Of a stretch of DNA of 64,000 bases, positions 1 through 9,202 are shown in pieces; the first letter of the stretch is position 1, and each line of letters begins with the position of its first letter. The notes below the pieces were generated by a model. It saw only the letters and a program-made list of their open reading frames with translations, made no database searches and was not told where the DNA came from. Made by a program: the position numbers and the translations under genes. The stretch spans positions 16,898 through 80,897 of the forward strand of contig JALVQA010000009.1 of the NCBI GenBank assembly GCA_027031495.1. The letters run 5' to 3'. The DNA is from Candidatus Moraniibacteriota bacterium (lineage in GTDB: Bacteria > Patescibacteriota > Minisyncoccia > Moranbacterales > GCA-2747515).

Positions 1-336
1 GACACACTTGGCATTCCTCTGTCACAAATTCGTACAATTACCGCACACAAAGGTATGCGCTTGCATCATGCGCAGATCATTGACTTTACCGATACAATGA
101 AGCCGTTTTCGTTGACAGCACTTTTGCGCCTCCTTGGTGCCGAACGCATTACAAAAGCGTCTTTTTCACTGGAAAATACCGATACACGTACAGATGCGGA
201 TATTCACATTATTCTTGGCACGCAAGCAGATGATTTCTTCAGCGAAAGCGCACTCTCCCAGGAACAATTTGAAGAAGCAAGCGCAATAGAAGGTGACCGT
301 GTTATGATAATCACAGAAGACAAGAGTACCCCCTAA
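1..336 (+). CDS. Partial CDS (5' end outside window); possibly C-terminal part of ribosomal protein L25/Ctc
   Basis: Frame 1 is open from base 1 to the stop at 334-336. The acidic C-terminal tail and the position directly upstream of pth match the classic ctc-pth arrangement. Sequence similarity itself is weak. Confidence 0.3.
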   Translation, partial: DTLGIPLSQIRTITAHKGMRLHHAQIIDFTDTMKPFSLTALLRLLGAERITKASFSLENTDTRTDADIHIILGTQADDFFSESALSQEQFEEASAIEGDRVMIITEDKSTP

Positions 337-355
337 CTACTTACCTTTATACAAT

Positions 356-928
356 ATGCAACAGTTCCTCGTCGTTGGTCTTGGCAATCCCGGAGAAAAG
401 TATGCTACTACGCGCCACAATGCCGGCTTCATGGCACTTGATTTTTGTGCGCAGACTCACGATGCGACATTTGGCATACACAATGACCTCTCTGCATCTG
501 TCGCACGTGTGCACACACCATCCTACACACTTCTTCTTGCAAAACCGACAACATTCATGAATCTCTCAGGCGTTGCTGTACAAAAGCTATGTGCATATTA
601 CAAGATTTCTCTCTCACATCTCGTTGTTGTGCACGATGACAGCGATCTTCACATAGGCACATACCGCTTTCACGTTAATCGTGGCGCAGCCGGACACAAT
701 GGCGTCTCCAATATAATCACACATTTGAAAACGCAAAATTTTTGGCGCGTACGCATTGGTGTACGCCCTCACACACCAGATGGCGCACCACGCTTAAAAG
801 CGCACGCATTTGTACTTAATCCTTTTGTGCCAGAAGAAAGGAATATGCTGAACAATGTACTTGATAATGTACACGCAACGCTCTGTAGACATTTTTCTCC
901 ACAAAATACGATAGGAAGTAAAAAATAA
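356..928 (+). CDS. pth: Peptidyl-tRNA hydrolase
   Basis: The N-terminus LVVGLGNPGEKYATTRHNAGF and the whole-length architecture are canonical Pth. Confidence 0.9.
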   Translation: MQQFLVVGLGNPGEKYATTRHNAGFMALDFCAQTHDATFGIHNDLSASVARVHTPSYTLLLAKPTTFMNLSGVAVQKLCAYYKISLSHLVVVHDDSDLHIGTYRFHVNRGAAGHNGVSNIITHLKTQNFWRVRIGVRPHTPDGAPRLKAHAFVLNPFVPEERNMLNNVLDNVHATLCRHFSPQNTIGSKK

Positions 929-931
929 AAG

Positions 932-1010
932 AGTCGTTCCTCTATTCCGGCAACAGACGCACACGTAAGGAGGGAGACGTATACGTCATTACCGGAATAC
1001 AAGAACGACT
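932..1010 (+). promoter_or_regulatory. Long imperfect inverted repeat (19-nt arms, 2 mismatches, about 41-nt spacer) downstream of pth
   Basis: agtcgttcctctattccgg ... ccggaatacaagaacgact is followed by ttt. It is a possible pth terminator or regulatory hairpin. Confidence 0.3.
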
Positions 1011-1044
1011 TTGACACTGTATATATTAGCACTACTTTCCTCTT

Positions 1045-1074
1045 TTGTCAAGATAATTTATTCCTCCCTATAAT
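1045..1074 (+). promoter_or_regulatory. Sigma70-like promoter for dprA (TTGTCA, 18 nt, TATAAT)
   Basis: There is a near-consensus -35 TTGTCA at 1045-1050 and a consensus -10 TATAAT at 1069-1074. They sit about 16 nt upstream of the dprA start. Confidence 0.45.
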
Positions 1075-1089
1075 AACATAGCACCTGTT

Positions 1090-2205
1090 ATGAATACCGA
1101 CACCACCGCCCTTCTTACACTCCTCGCAACAAAGGGACTTGGTCCAAAAACACTCCGCACCCTCAAAGCATCTTTTGCGACGTGGGAAGAGCTTCTTACA
1201 GCATCAGACAGAGATCTTGCGGTTGCTGGTGCACGTAGCAATCATATCACTGCTATACATTGCGCGCGCAATGCTCATACACCACATGCACAGGGGAAAC
1301 TACATGCTCTGTATGCAAAACACAACATAGATGTTATCACCGAGAATGATAAGTCTTACCCTCGTCTCCTACGTGAGGTACCGGATGCACCGCTTGCTCT
1401 CTTTGTGCGCGGACACTGTGACGCACTACTGCACGAACCGTTTGTAACAATTGTCGGTGCACGTGAACATACATCGTATGGTGAACGTGCCACATACAGA
1501 TTGGCGTATGACCTCGCATCTGCTGGCGTGAATATCGTAAGCGGTCTTGCACGTGGAATTGACGCAATTGCACATCGTGCCGCCTTGGATGCGCACGGCA
1601 CAACGGTCGGCGTTTTGGGCGGGAGTATTGATGATGCACATATTGCACCACGCCAGAATCATCGTCTCGCGCATGCCATAATGGAAAGTGGTGCGCTCAT
1701 AAGCGAATACCCTCTCTTTACAGAACCAACGCCCTATACATTCCCCGCACGCAATCGCATTATGGCAGCTATGGCACACATCACTCTTGTTATTGAAGCC
1801 GCCGCAAAAAGCGGCACACTTATTACAGCGCATACAGCACTTGAATACAATCGCGATGTCTGCGCTGTACCCGGTTCCATTTTTTCCGATGTGAGCGTCG
1901 GCACGCATGCACTTATTCGCAACGGCGCAAAGATTGTAACATGCGCACAAGATGTTCTCGCAGAACTGCCACATAATCATTCATACCAATATGATATAGC
2001 GACAACATCGCAAAGTGTATCATGCGACACGCCAGACGAGGAGCGCATTTTTTCGCTTTTGTCAGCAGAGCCACTTCATGTTGACAAGATTACTGCAATG
2101 TCTAAACTAGAAACAACACGTGTACTCAGCGCACTATCATTACTCGAGATCAAGGGGATGATTCGTAATGTTGGTGGCCAGCACTACATACGCGTACAAA
2201 AATAA
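1090..2205 (+). CDS. dprA: DNA processing protein DprA (Smf family)
   Basis: The Rossmann core matches DprA: FVTIVGAREHTSYGE...VSGLARGIDAIAHRAAL...AVPGSIFSDVSVGTHALIRNGAKIV. The gene lies upstream of topA, which is conserved synteny. Confidence 0.85.
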   Translation: MNTDTTALLTLLATKGLGPKTLRTLKASFATWEELLTASDRDLAVAGARSNHITAIHCARNAHTPHAQGKLHALYAKHNIDVITENDKSYPRLLREVPDAPLALFVRGHCDALLHEPFVTIVGAREHTSYGERATYRLAYDLASAGVNIVSGLARGIDAIAHRAALDAHGTTVGVLGGSIDDAHIAPRQNHRLAHAIMESGALISEYPLFTEPTPYTFPARNRIMAAMAHITLVIEAAAKSGTLITAHTALEYNRDVCAVPGSIFSDVSVGTHALIRNGAKIVTCAQDVLAELPHNHSYQYDIATTSQSVSCDTPDEERIFSLLSAEPLHVDKITAMSKLETTRVLSALSLLEIKGMIRNVGGQHYIRVQK

Positions 2206-2231
2206 AAATAACTTCTTGTTTTGTAAAATTT

Positions 2232-4499
2232 ATGAAGCTTCTTATTGTTGAATCTCCCACAAAGGCACGCACTATCGGCAAATACCTCCCGAAGAATGAA
2301 AATTTTGTTGTTAAGGCAAGTGTTGGCCATGTACGCGATCTTCCCAAGAGCAATAAAAAAGCTATTGATATTGATGCTGGCTTTGTACCGCACTATGAGA
2401 TTTCACCGGGCAAGGAAGACATTGTTGCCGACCTTGCACGCGCAGCACAACAAGCAGACGAGATCTACCTCGCACCTGACCCGGATCGCGAAGGTGAGGC
2501 AATTGCATGGCACCTCATCGAAGCACTCAACCTCAAAAAAGCACCAAACGTCAAGCGCATTACATTTAATGAAATCACAAAAACAGCCGTACAAAACGCC
2601 CTCAAACATCCGCGTGGTATTGATGATAATTTACGCCGCGCACAGGAAGCGCGCCGCGTACTAGATCGTCTCTTTGGCTATGATCTCTCCGGCCTTATCT
2701 GGAAAAAAGTGCGCTACGGTCTCAGTGCCGGTCGCGTACAGTCCCCTGCTCTGCGCATTCTGGTAGAGCGTGAACGTGAGATACGTGCTTTTGTGCCGGA
2801 CATATTTTGGACAATTACTGCAGACCTTATACCAAATGGTCACAAAAAACCGCTTACTTTCACATGCAGCGAAGAGTTTATTGCACACATGAAGGGCAAA
2901 AGCGAGAAAGAACAAGAAAAAGAAAAGGTACGTATCAAGAAAAAAGTAGATGCGCTTATTGCACATGGCTTAAAAGCTTCATGGCACGTAAGCGCTATCA
3001 AGGAAACCGAACAAAAGCGAGCGCCACACCCGCCATTTACAACATCCACATTGCAACAAGTGGCAAGTTCTCGCCTTGGTTTTACACCAAGTCGCACGAT
3101 GCGTGCCGCACAGAAGCTCTATGAAGCAGGCCACATCACGTACATGCGTACAGATTCCGTTACCCTTAGTAATGATGCTCTCAAAAACATTGCCGCTGTT
3201 GTGCAAAAAGAGTATGGCAAAGAATTGCATCAGACGCGTCTCTATAAAACAAAGAGTAAGAATGCGCAAGAAGCGCACGAGGCAATACGCCCGACAGATG
3301 CCGCACTGCAGACTGCGGGTGCAAGCAGTGATGAGAAAAAACTTTACACACTTATTCGCACGCGCACGCTTGCTTCACAAATGGTTGACGCTCGCATTCT
3401 ACGTACAAAGGTTAGTGCGAATATTACATCATCAAAAACGTTTCCCGATTTTATCGTAACCGGTTCGCATGTTATCGCACCCGGTTGGCTCACGGCTGAT
3501 ACAGCAGCACGCAATGAAGATGTGGATTTGCCAAAAATGTCTGTTGGCGATGCACTCACACTCAAAGATATTAACGCTGAAGAAAAGCAAACGCAGTCAC
3601 CAAAGCGTTACACCGAAGCCGGACTGGTCAAGGAACTGGAAAAGCGCGGTATCGGACGTCCGTCCACCTATGCCACCATTGTCAAAACCATCCAAGACCG
3701 CGGCTACGTTAAAAAAGATGGTCGCACACTCATCCCAACAGAAACCGGCATGGTCGTCAGCACATTTATTGAAAAATATTTTGGCCCCTACATTAGTGAC
3801 GATTTTACGGCTGAAATGGAAAATGAACTTGATGAAATTGCTGCTGGCAAGCGCGACTATACTAAAACGCTCAAAGACTTCTATACAGCTTTTCACAAAG
3901 ATGTCAGCGCAAAAGAAGATATTCCAAAACTTACAAACCTCGGCGATGCTAATCCGAAATATACGTGTCCGCAGTGTGGCGGTAAAATGGTTGTCAAACT
4001 CTCAAAAAACGGCACATTTCTCTCATGCGCAAAATTTCCGGCATGCGATGGCGCGCGCACTGCTGACGGTGAAATTATGGAGGGTCCTAAAGAGACCGGT
4101 GAGACTTGTCCTGAGTGTAGCGCACCGCTCGTGGAACGCACCGGTCGCTATGGCAAGTTTATCTCCTGCTCCAATTACCCGAAGTGCAAATACATTAAAG
4201 AAGACCCAGAGGAGGCCGCTAAAAAGAAAACAGGTGTAACGTGCCCGCAGTGCGGTACCGGTGAAATGGTGGAGCGCCGTGGCCGCTTCGGCGTGTTTTA
4301 CTCCTGCTCCAATTACCCAAAGTGTAAAAACGCCATCAAAGCACGCCCAACCGGCAAACTCTGCGCCTACAAGCGCGACGACCGTGACGGCAAAGCATGT
4401 GGCGCACTCATGATGGAAGGTACAAAAACCATCCCTGAGCGGTGTAGTGACAAAACCTGCCCCAACCACAACCCGCACAAACTGGCGAAGAAAAAATGA
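2232..4499 (+). CDS. topA: DNA topoisomerase I
   Basis: The TOPRIM N-terminus reads MKLLIVESPTKARTIGKYL...GHVRDLP. The C-terminus carries repeated zinc ribbons (CPQCGG...CAKFPACDG, CPECSAP, CPQCGTG). Confidence 0.95.
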   Translation: MKLLIVESPTKARTIGKYLPKNENFVVKASVGHVRDLPKSNKKAIDIDAGFVPHYEISPGKEDIVADLARAAQQADEIYLAPDPDREGEAIAWHLIEALNLKKAPNVKRITFNEITKTAVQNALKHPRGIDDNLRRAQEARRVLDRLFGYDLSGLIWKKVRYGLSAGRVQSPALRILVEREREIRAFVPDIFWTITADLIPNGHKKPLTFTCSEEFIAHMKGKSEKEQEKEKVRIKKKVDALIAHGLKASWHVSAIKETEQKRAPHPPFTTSTLQQVASSRLGFTPSRTMRAAQKLYEAGHITYMRTDSVTLSNDALKNIAAVVQKEYGKELHQTRLYKTKSKNAQEAHEAIRPTDAALQTAGASSDEKKLYTLIRTRTLASQMVDARILRTKVSANITSSKTFPDFIVTGSHVIAPGWLTADTAARNEDVDLPKMSVGDALTLKDINAEEKQTQSPKRYTEAGLVKELEKRGIGRPSTYATIVKTIQDRGYVKKDGRTLIPTETGMVVSTFIEKYFGPYISDDFTAEMENELDEIAAGKRDYTKTLKDFYTAFHKDVSAKEDIPKLTNLGDANPKYTCPQCGGKMVVKLSKNGTFLSCAKFPACDGARTADGEIMEGPKETGETCPECSAPLVERTGRYGKFISCSNYPKCKYIKEDPEEAAKKKTGVTCPQCGTGEMVERRGRFGVFYSCSNYPKCKNAIKARPTGKLCAYKRDDRDGKACGALMMEGTKTIPERCSDKTCPNHNPHKLAKKK

Positions 4500-4513
4500 G
4501 TAATTTACATCTT

Positions 4514-4550
4514 AAAAAAACACACACTTCCGGTAGTGTGTGTTTTTAAC
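4514..4550. terminator. Bidirectional intrinsic terminator between convergent topA and the ureohydrolase-like gene
   Basis: aaaaaaaCACACACttccggtagGTGTGTGttttt forms a 8-9 bp stem. It has an A-run on one side and a T-run on the other. Confidence 0.6.
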
Positions 4551-4551
4551 A

Positions 4552-5310
4552 TCATTCCGTTGCTCGCGTAAATGTGTCTTGAATTTCCTGTACAACTTTC
4601 TGCATTGTCTCGCGTGGTAGACGTTCAAGATCTGTCCACGCAGACGAACTAAAAACACAGACGCATTTTGCGCGTTTCACGAGACCTTTTAACTTTTCGA
4701 TGTATAAATTAAACTTATCTGTTCCCGGCTTAATGTTGTTAAAAAAGTCCATGTCAATAGACAAAACTTCTGGTGATAAGGCATCTACGTCATGTACACC
4801 AACTGATTTTATGTACAATGCCGGAGAATACGCCATGTTTGGTGTAGCTGTTGATCTCTCCGGCTGCCAGTTATATGACTGCTGTCTTTGCCACAAGTGA
4901 TTGTCAACACCATATCTTTGCCACGATGCGGAATGACAAACGAAGGAATTTGTATATGGTGCAATATCTGCATGTTCATCAACGTTTACTATTGTGTGGA
5001 TCGGGAGTTGAATGATACCAGCATTAACCGCACGGTACAAAAAAGGAAAAATGAGACCATGTGTGTCACCATACATAATGGCTCTTTTGTGCTTCTTGTC
5101 TATTAGTTCAGCGGTTTCCAGCTCGCACCTTCCTTTTCCTACTTTTATTTTCGGATATTCATTTGGCAATAATTCTCTCGGCTCTATCGGCATATTCTGT
5201 GCAACCTCACGTAATTTCTTGTGCAGAAAAAATTGTACACGCTCTCGCATATCCGTATTGCCTCGTTCCTTTAATTTATCACCAACACCAATGGGCATTT
5301 CTTTTTTCAT
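4552..5310 (-). CDS. Small arginase/ureohydrolase-fold metallohydrolase (putative)
   Basis: Three motifs occur in the order and spacing of the arginase/agmatinase/formiminoglutamase family: YGDTHG (~GGDHS), NVDEHADI (~DAHxD) and SIDMDFF (~SxDxDxxDP). The start lies 12 nt after the stop of the upstream 1117-aa gene. Confidence 0.45.
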   Translation of the reverse strand: MKKEMPIGVGDKLKERGNTDMRERVQFFLHKKLREVAQNMPIEPRELLPNEYPKIKVGKGRCELETAELIDKKHKRAIMYGDTHGLIFPFLYRAVNAGIIQLPIHTIVNVDEHADIAPYTNSFVCHSASWQRYGVDNHLWQRQQSYNWQPERSTATPNMAYSPALYIKSVGVHDVDALSPEVLSIDMDFFNNIKPGTDKFNLYIEKLKGLVKRAKCVCVFSSSAWTDLERLPRETMQKVVQEIQDTFTRATE

Positions 5311-5321
5311 ATCTTCAACAA

Positions 5322-8300
5322 TTAGGTATTTTGACTGTTATTTTCAACGACTTGCACAATTCTCAATGGCACAACATTCCTAACCCGCTTGCTTTCCTCA
5401 TCAAACTGAATCACAACATCGTCTTTATACCACTTTCTTCCCACATTAAGCTGATCACGGAACATACGTGTTAATGTGTTCAACTTACTTGATACTTCTG
5501 ACATAATGCCAGCAATTTCTTCTTCCGTATATTGTTTACTATCACGAAGAATTTTTTCAAAGTCCTTACCAGGATAGCCATTAACCTTCTTTGTAAGAAC
5601 ATAGTTGCCGTACTTATCATCTTTACTGGAAAGAAAACCGAGAGGTTCTGGCGCCGGCACACCAACATCTTGCGCGGCTATAAGCAACGCATGCTCTTTT
5701 CTTGCATATTTTGATGTTCCCTTACCCATGTACCTGGCAACAACTTCTGTGCCATCATTTAATTGAAAAAATACATCTGTTGTTGCAACACCTTCGTTAT
5801 CCATGCTTTTAGCTTTTTGTTCTCTCATGAATTTTTGCGGGTCTTCGGTAAAATCAGAAGGAATAACTTTAGCATATTCACGACATATACGTATACGGTG
5901 ACTTTCTGTATCATAATACACATTATCCGGCACTCTAAAGTGAAGTCGCTCTTGTATCATGTAATGACGTGCAAGCGCTTGTTTAATCATTGCAAAGTTA
6001 AACTGCTCTCTTGCCGTTGTTGGCTTTGCTATATAATGAATCTTACCAGTCTTTTCATCTATAAATAGTCCGCGCGCCATCTCTTCAGGTTTAGCATTAC
6101 TCTCAATACGCTCAACAGCAGCTCCATTGAGATCATAAGACATATTTCTAATTTGACGAACTTGACGATTGATGCGAGTGGTTGATAAAAGACGTATGCG
6201 CTCCTCAATGTCTTCATCATCAAAATCCATGATACGCATCATGTCTTCCGGAACAGTTCCTACATAGCCCGTGTCGTAAAACAATGGATCCATATCTGGT
6301 GTAATACGTTCTTGTTCCAAAAATGCTCGCTTGACATCGTACTTAAGATAATCTCTAAAGTACCGCGGGTACACAATATAGCGCGGATTTATCTCAATGA
6401 TTTCACCACTTGAACGAAGGCGCGCACGTTTCTCTTTTCCAGTTAGAGAGCGCCGTATGGCATCTTGCGCACGTCTACCAATGTAGGCGTAAATACCGTC
6501 ACGCCCAATATAAACTTCCATCGGATACCGGCCACCTTCTCGCCAACTATCAAATTCCTTGTAGAGCTTGTCATACAATGGGATGTCAGTATTATAAACG
6601 TCAAGATAAAGTTTGTAACCCTCTCTGACTATACCCTTGATAGAATCTTTATACACTTCAATAACATAATCTAATTTTTGGGGAGCACCGTCCGCTACTT
6701 GTGCAAGATAGCGCCCAACAAAATTGCACACATTTGGAAAGAGATTATTCATTTTTACTTTACTTTCTTTACTTCCCATTAATGCCGCCTTGTCCTCTTC
6801 TGGCACATATGCATTCACACGAACTTTTTCCAAAAACGATTGATGCTCACTTTTTAACATCTTTGTAATTTCACGAATACTCTCAACTGATCTACTGGAT
6901 AACTTTAGACCAGCATTCTCCGGTGTACTCTTACCAGCTATTACACGACCAAGTCCAAGACTTTGGCGAATAGTGTGTAGTGGATGATCTCTAAACTTAT
7001 CCCCATCAAGAAACCCCATTTCCCCTTCTTCATCAAAACCTTCCTCCATGTTTTTAATTGTTATTTCAGCATCTGTCCCAACATTCTGCACCCATGGTTC
7101 ATGCGCCCACACAGCATTATCGTAAAAGTTGTCAATAAATTTATTTGCAACAGAATAGTGTGTTACCGCATTGTGCATGCAAACAGCAACCCACGGACGT
7201 GTATAATATTTTGGCAGATTCTCAAAAAAGTAGACTGCAGTATTTTTATCAGCTGCGATAGCGCCAGGAAGTAACTCTTTTATTTTTTTAAAGGTTTGCG
7301 GAAAGAGTGTTTCTATGTCATCAAGCAATGGAATCAAGATAGTGATAATATCATGTGTAAATGCTTCTTTCTTTGCTTGATCGAGATCAACACTAGTAAG
7401 TATATCAGCGGAGCCATCTATTGCATTTCGTAAATTCTTTATGCGCTCGACAAATTCTCTATTGTTGTTGCCCATAAAAGAATGGAGTGCCTCACGATAC
7501 AATGTCTCAATTACATTCTTGAGAACATCGTACGCGTGTATACGCAGTGATGAATCTGCCGTTTCATGAAGAGCGTCATTAAAAAATATTGATAATTTCT
7601 CAATACTTCGTCCGTTATATATCAGCGCCTGTGCACAGTATGCAAGTAACTTTTTCTGGATATCAACAGATGGCAGAACGTCTATACCATTTTGTGAGAA
7701 GTTGCATTTATGTAGGTCAGATTTATTATCAATAACAAAACCAGGCGGTATATTTTTGTCAGCACACTTTTGCAAAAGATTTATAAACTGTTTTTTCTCA
7801 CTCAAAGACTCAATGCTCTCATTTATACGTTTTACAAAGTATCTCCGATTTGCTTCATAAGATAATCCCATTGTCATTACTGAGAGCACTTTGTCAAGTT
7901 CTTTGCTATCAGTGATAACTTCCTGCCACAGTGCATAACGCCTCATCTCTTCCTTAACGGCAATAGAGACACTCTCTTCTTTATCAATGTCATAATGTCG
8001 CCCAAATAGTGTTTCTGCTGTAAAATTTCGTGGTGCATCCGGATCAAATAGAATTTTTTTTGCATCAATGTCATTTCGCGCCAATTGGTGTATAAATTGG
8101 CCAAATCGCTCAAGATCATCGCTTGTCTTTATAATTCCATCAATGCCGCGAAGTGCTATAAATATATTCATTTTTTCACTTGGTGATTGATCGTCGTTAA
8201 TCATGCGCACAAGAATTTCTAAGTCACGTGCAAAATCATCACGTATAAGTTGTGCCATATCAGTAATTGTGTAGTGAAGATTGCGTGCAATATATTCGTA

Positions 8301-8675
8301 ACCATGTATAATGACATCATCATCATTTCTTTGCACACATGCCTCAGCAACATCTATTATCACACGTGCATATTTGTAAAAATCTTCTGGTGTTGTAATG
8401 TTTTCAATGAAAACATTATTATCAAGAGAACGCATAACTTCCTGCACAACATTCATGTAACTATACATTTTTGACGAAGAAGTGTTGTGAAAGCGTGCAT
8501 GAACATAGTTTGTAATGTTGGTGATATGCTTCTCTACATCAACCTCATCAAAAGTGCTCAAAACTTCTACAAGTTTACTGTCCGTACATAGACCAAGACG
8601 TCCAGCAATGTCTGATTTTTTTCTCTCTCCTTCCACTACAAGTGACGGCATTTCGTAATAATCTCCCATTTTCAT
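5322..8675 (-). CDS. Large (1117 aa) protein of unknown function
   Basis: This is a long uninterrupted ORF with protein-like composition and no antisense competitor of comparable length. I recognise no family. It forms an operon with the downstream ureohydrolase-fold gene. Confidence 0.8.
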   Translation of the reverse strand: MKMGDYYEMPSLVVEGERKKSDIAGRLGLCTDSKLVEVLSTFDEVDVEKHITNITNYVHARFHNTSSSKMYSYMNVVQEVMRSLDNNVFIENITTPEDFYKYARVIIDVAEACVQRNDDDVIIHGYEYIARNLHYTITDMAQLIRDDFARDLEILVRMINDDQSPSEKMNIFIALRGIDGIIKTSDDLERFGQFIHQLARNDIDAKKILFDPDAPRNFTAETLFGRHYDIDKEESVSIAVKEEMRRYALWQEVITDSKELDKVLSVMTMGLSYEANRRYFVKRINESIESLSEKKQFINLLQKCADKNIPPGFVIDNKSDLHKCNFSQNGIDVLPSVDIQKKLLAYCAQALIYNGRSIEKLSIFFNDALHETADSSLRIHAYDVLKNVIETLYREALHSFMGNNNREFVERIKNLRNAIDGSADILTSVDLDQAKKEAFTHDIITILIPLLDDIETLFPQTFKKIKELLPGAIAADKNTAVYFFENLPKYYTRPWVAVCMHNAVTHYSVANKFIDNFYDNAVWAHEPWVQNVGTDAEITIKNMEEGFDEEGEMGFLDGDKFRDHPLHTIRQSLGLGRVIAGKSTPENAGLKLSSRSVESIREITKMLKSEHQSFLEKVRVNAYVPEEDKAALMGSKESKVKMNNLFPNVCNFVGRYLAQVADGAPQKLDYVIEVYKDSIKGIVREGYKLYLDVYNTDIPLYDKLYKEFDSWREGGRYPMEVYIGRDGIYAYIGRRAQDAIRRSLTGKEKRARLRSSGEIIEINPRYIVYPRYFRDYLKYDVKRAFLEQERITPDMDPLFYDTGYVGTVPEDMMRIMDFDDEDIEERIRLLSTTRINRQVRQIRNMSYDLNGAAVERIESNAKPEEMARGLFIDEKTGKIHYIAKPTTAREQFNFAMIKQALARHYMIQERLHFRVPDNVYYDTESHRIRICREYAKVIPSDFTEDPQKFMREQKAKSMDNEGVATTDVFFQLNDGTEVVARYMGKGTSKYARKEHALLIAAQDVGVPAPEPLGFLSSKDDKYGNYVLTKKVNGYPGKDFEKILRDSKQYTEEEIAGIMSEVSSKLNTLTRMFRDQLNVGRKWYKDDVVIQFDEESKRVRNVVPLRIVQVVENNSQNT

Positions 8676-8825
8676 ATTTTTTACATTAATTCTCTAGCAA
8701 ATTGTTCCTATTCCCTCATATCTCGTCCTGACAACGCAGAATTCTGTTAATCACTACAAAAGAATACCTCAACACTTTTTAGTATAACAGAAAAAGCTCG
8801 TACTTCATGATATTTGCAGTATTTC

Positions 8826-8860
8826 TCAAATAAAAAAGCTGGTGCTATAACAACACCAGC
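8826..8860 (-). terminator. Intrinsic terminator (minus strand) after the 75-aa gene
   Basis: On the minus strand GCTGGTG-ttgttatag-CACCAGC is followed by TTTTTTATTT. Confidence 0.6.
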
Positions 8861-8878
8861 ATTCTGCAACACTTTCCC

Positions 8879-9106
8879 TCAATCTCCATTATAGTTATGA
8901 AGAATAAAATCACTTTCCCTGAAAACAATGATATTACCGTCCCTAAACGGTCCTTGCGACGTAACATCCGCATTACATGGAGCAACAAAGAGCACGCCAC
9001 ATACCTTACCACCGGACACGTTTCGGAAGGCAATGTATCCTTCGCCCTTGGTGATGTTACGTACAGGCTTTGCGTCCTTCTTTCTTCTTGCACTTACTAT
9101 TTCCAC
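8879..9106 (-). CDS. Small protein (75 aa) with GTG start; possible PRC-barrel-like fold
   Basis: A perfect SD (AGGAGG) sits 8-9 nt upstream of the GTG. The TGA stop is followed within about 20 nt by an intrinsic terminator. Resemblance to YlmC/YmxH-type PRC-barrel proteins is weak. Confidence 0.5.
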   Translation of the reverse strand: MEIVSARRKKDAKPVRNITKGEGYIAFRNVSGGKVCGVLFVAPCNADVTSQGPFRDGNIIVFRESDFILHNYNGD

Positions 9107-9166
9107 TTTTACTCTTCCTCCTGTTATTAAAAGACCGTAGCAATTGTACCACTTCCTGCAAAAAAA

Positions 9167-9175
9167 TGCTATAGT
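9167..9175 (+). promoter_or_regulatory. Extended -10 promoter element (TGcTATAGT) upstream of rel
   Basis: TGcTATAGT lies 28 nt upstream of the rel ATG. AAGGA is 9 nt before the ATG as an RBS. Confidence 0.3.
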
Positions 9176-9202
9176 AGTAGTATGCTCTAAGGACTATTTA
9201 CT

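Noticed and set aside
6900-7000. Walker-A-like GRVIAGKST in the 1117-aa protein
   Set aside because: It matches Gx4GKS/T, but lacks the preceding hydrophobic beta-strand. No Walker B is evident nearby, so it is likely coincidental.
8845-9093. 82-aa minus-strand ORF overlapping the 75-aa gene in another frame
   Set aside because: Only the 8879..9106 frame has the SD and ends right before the terminator.
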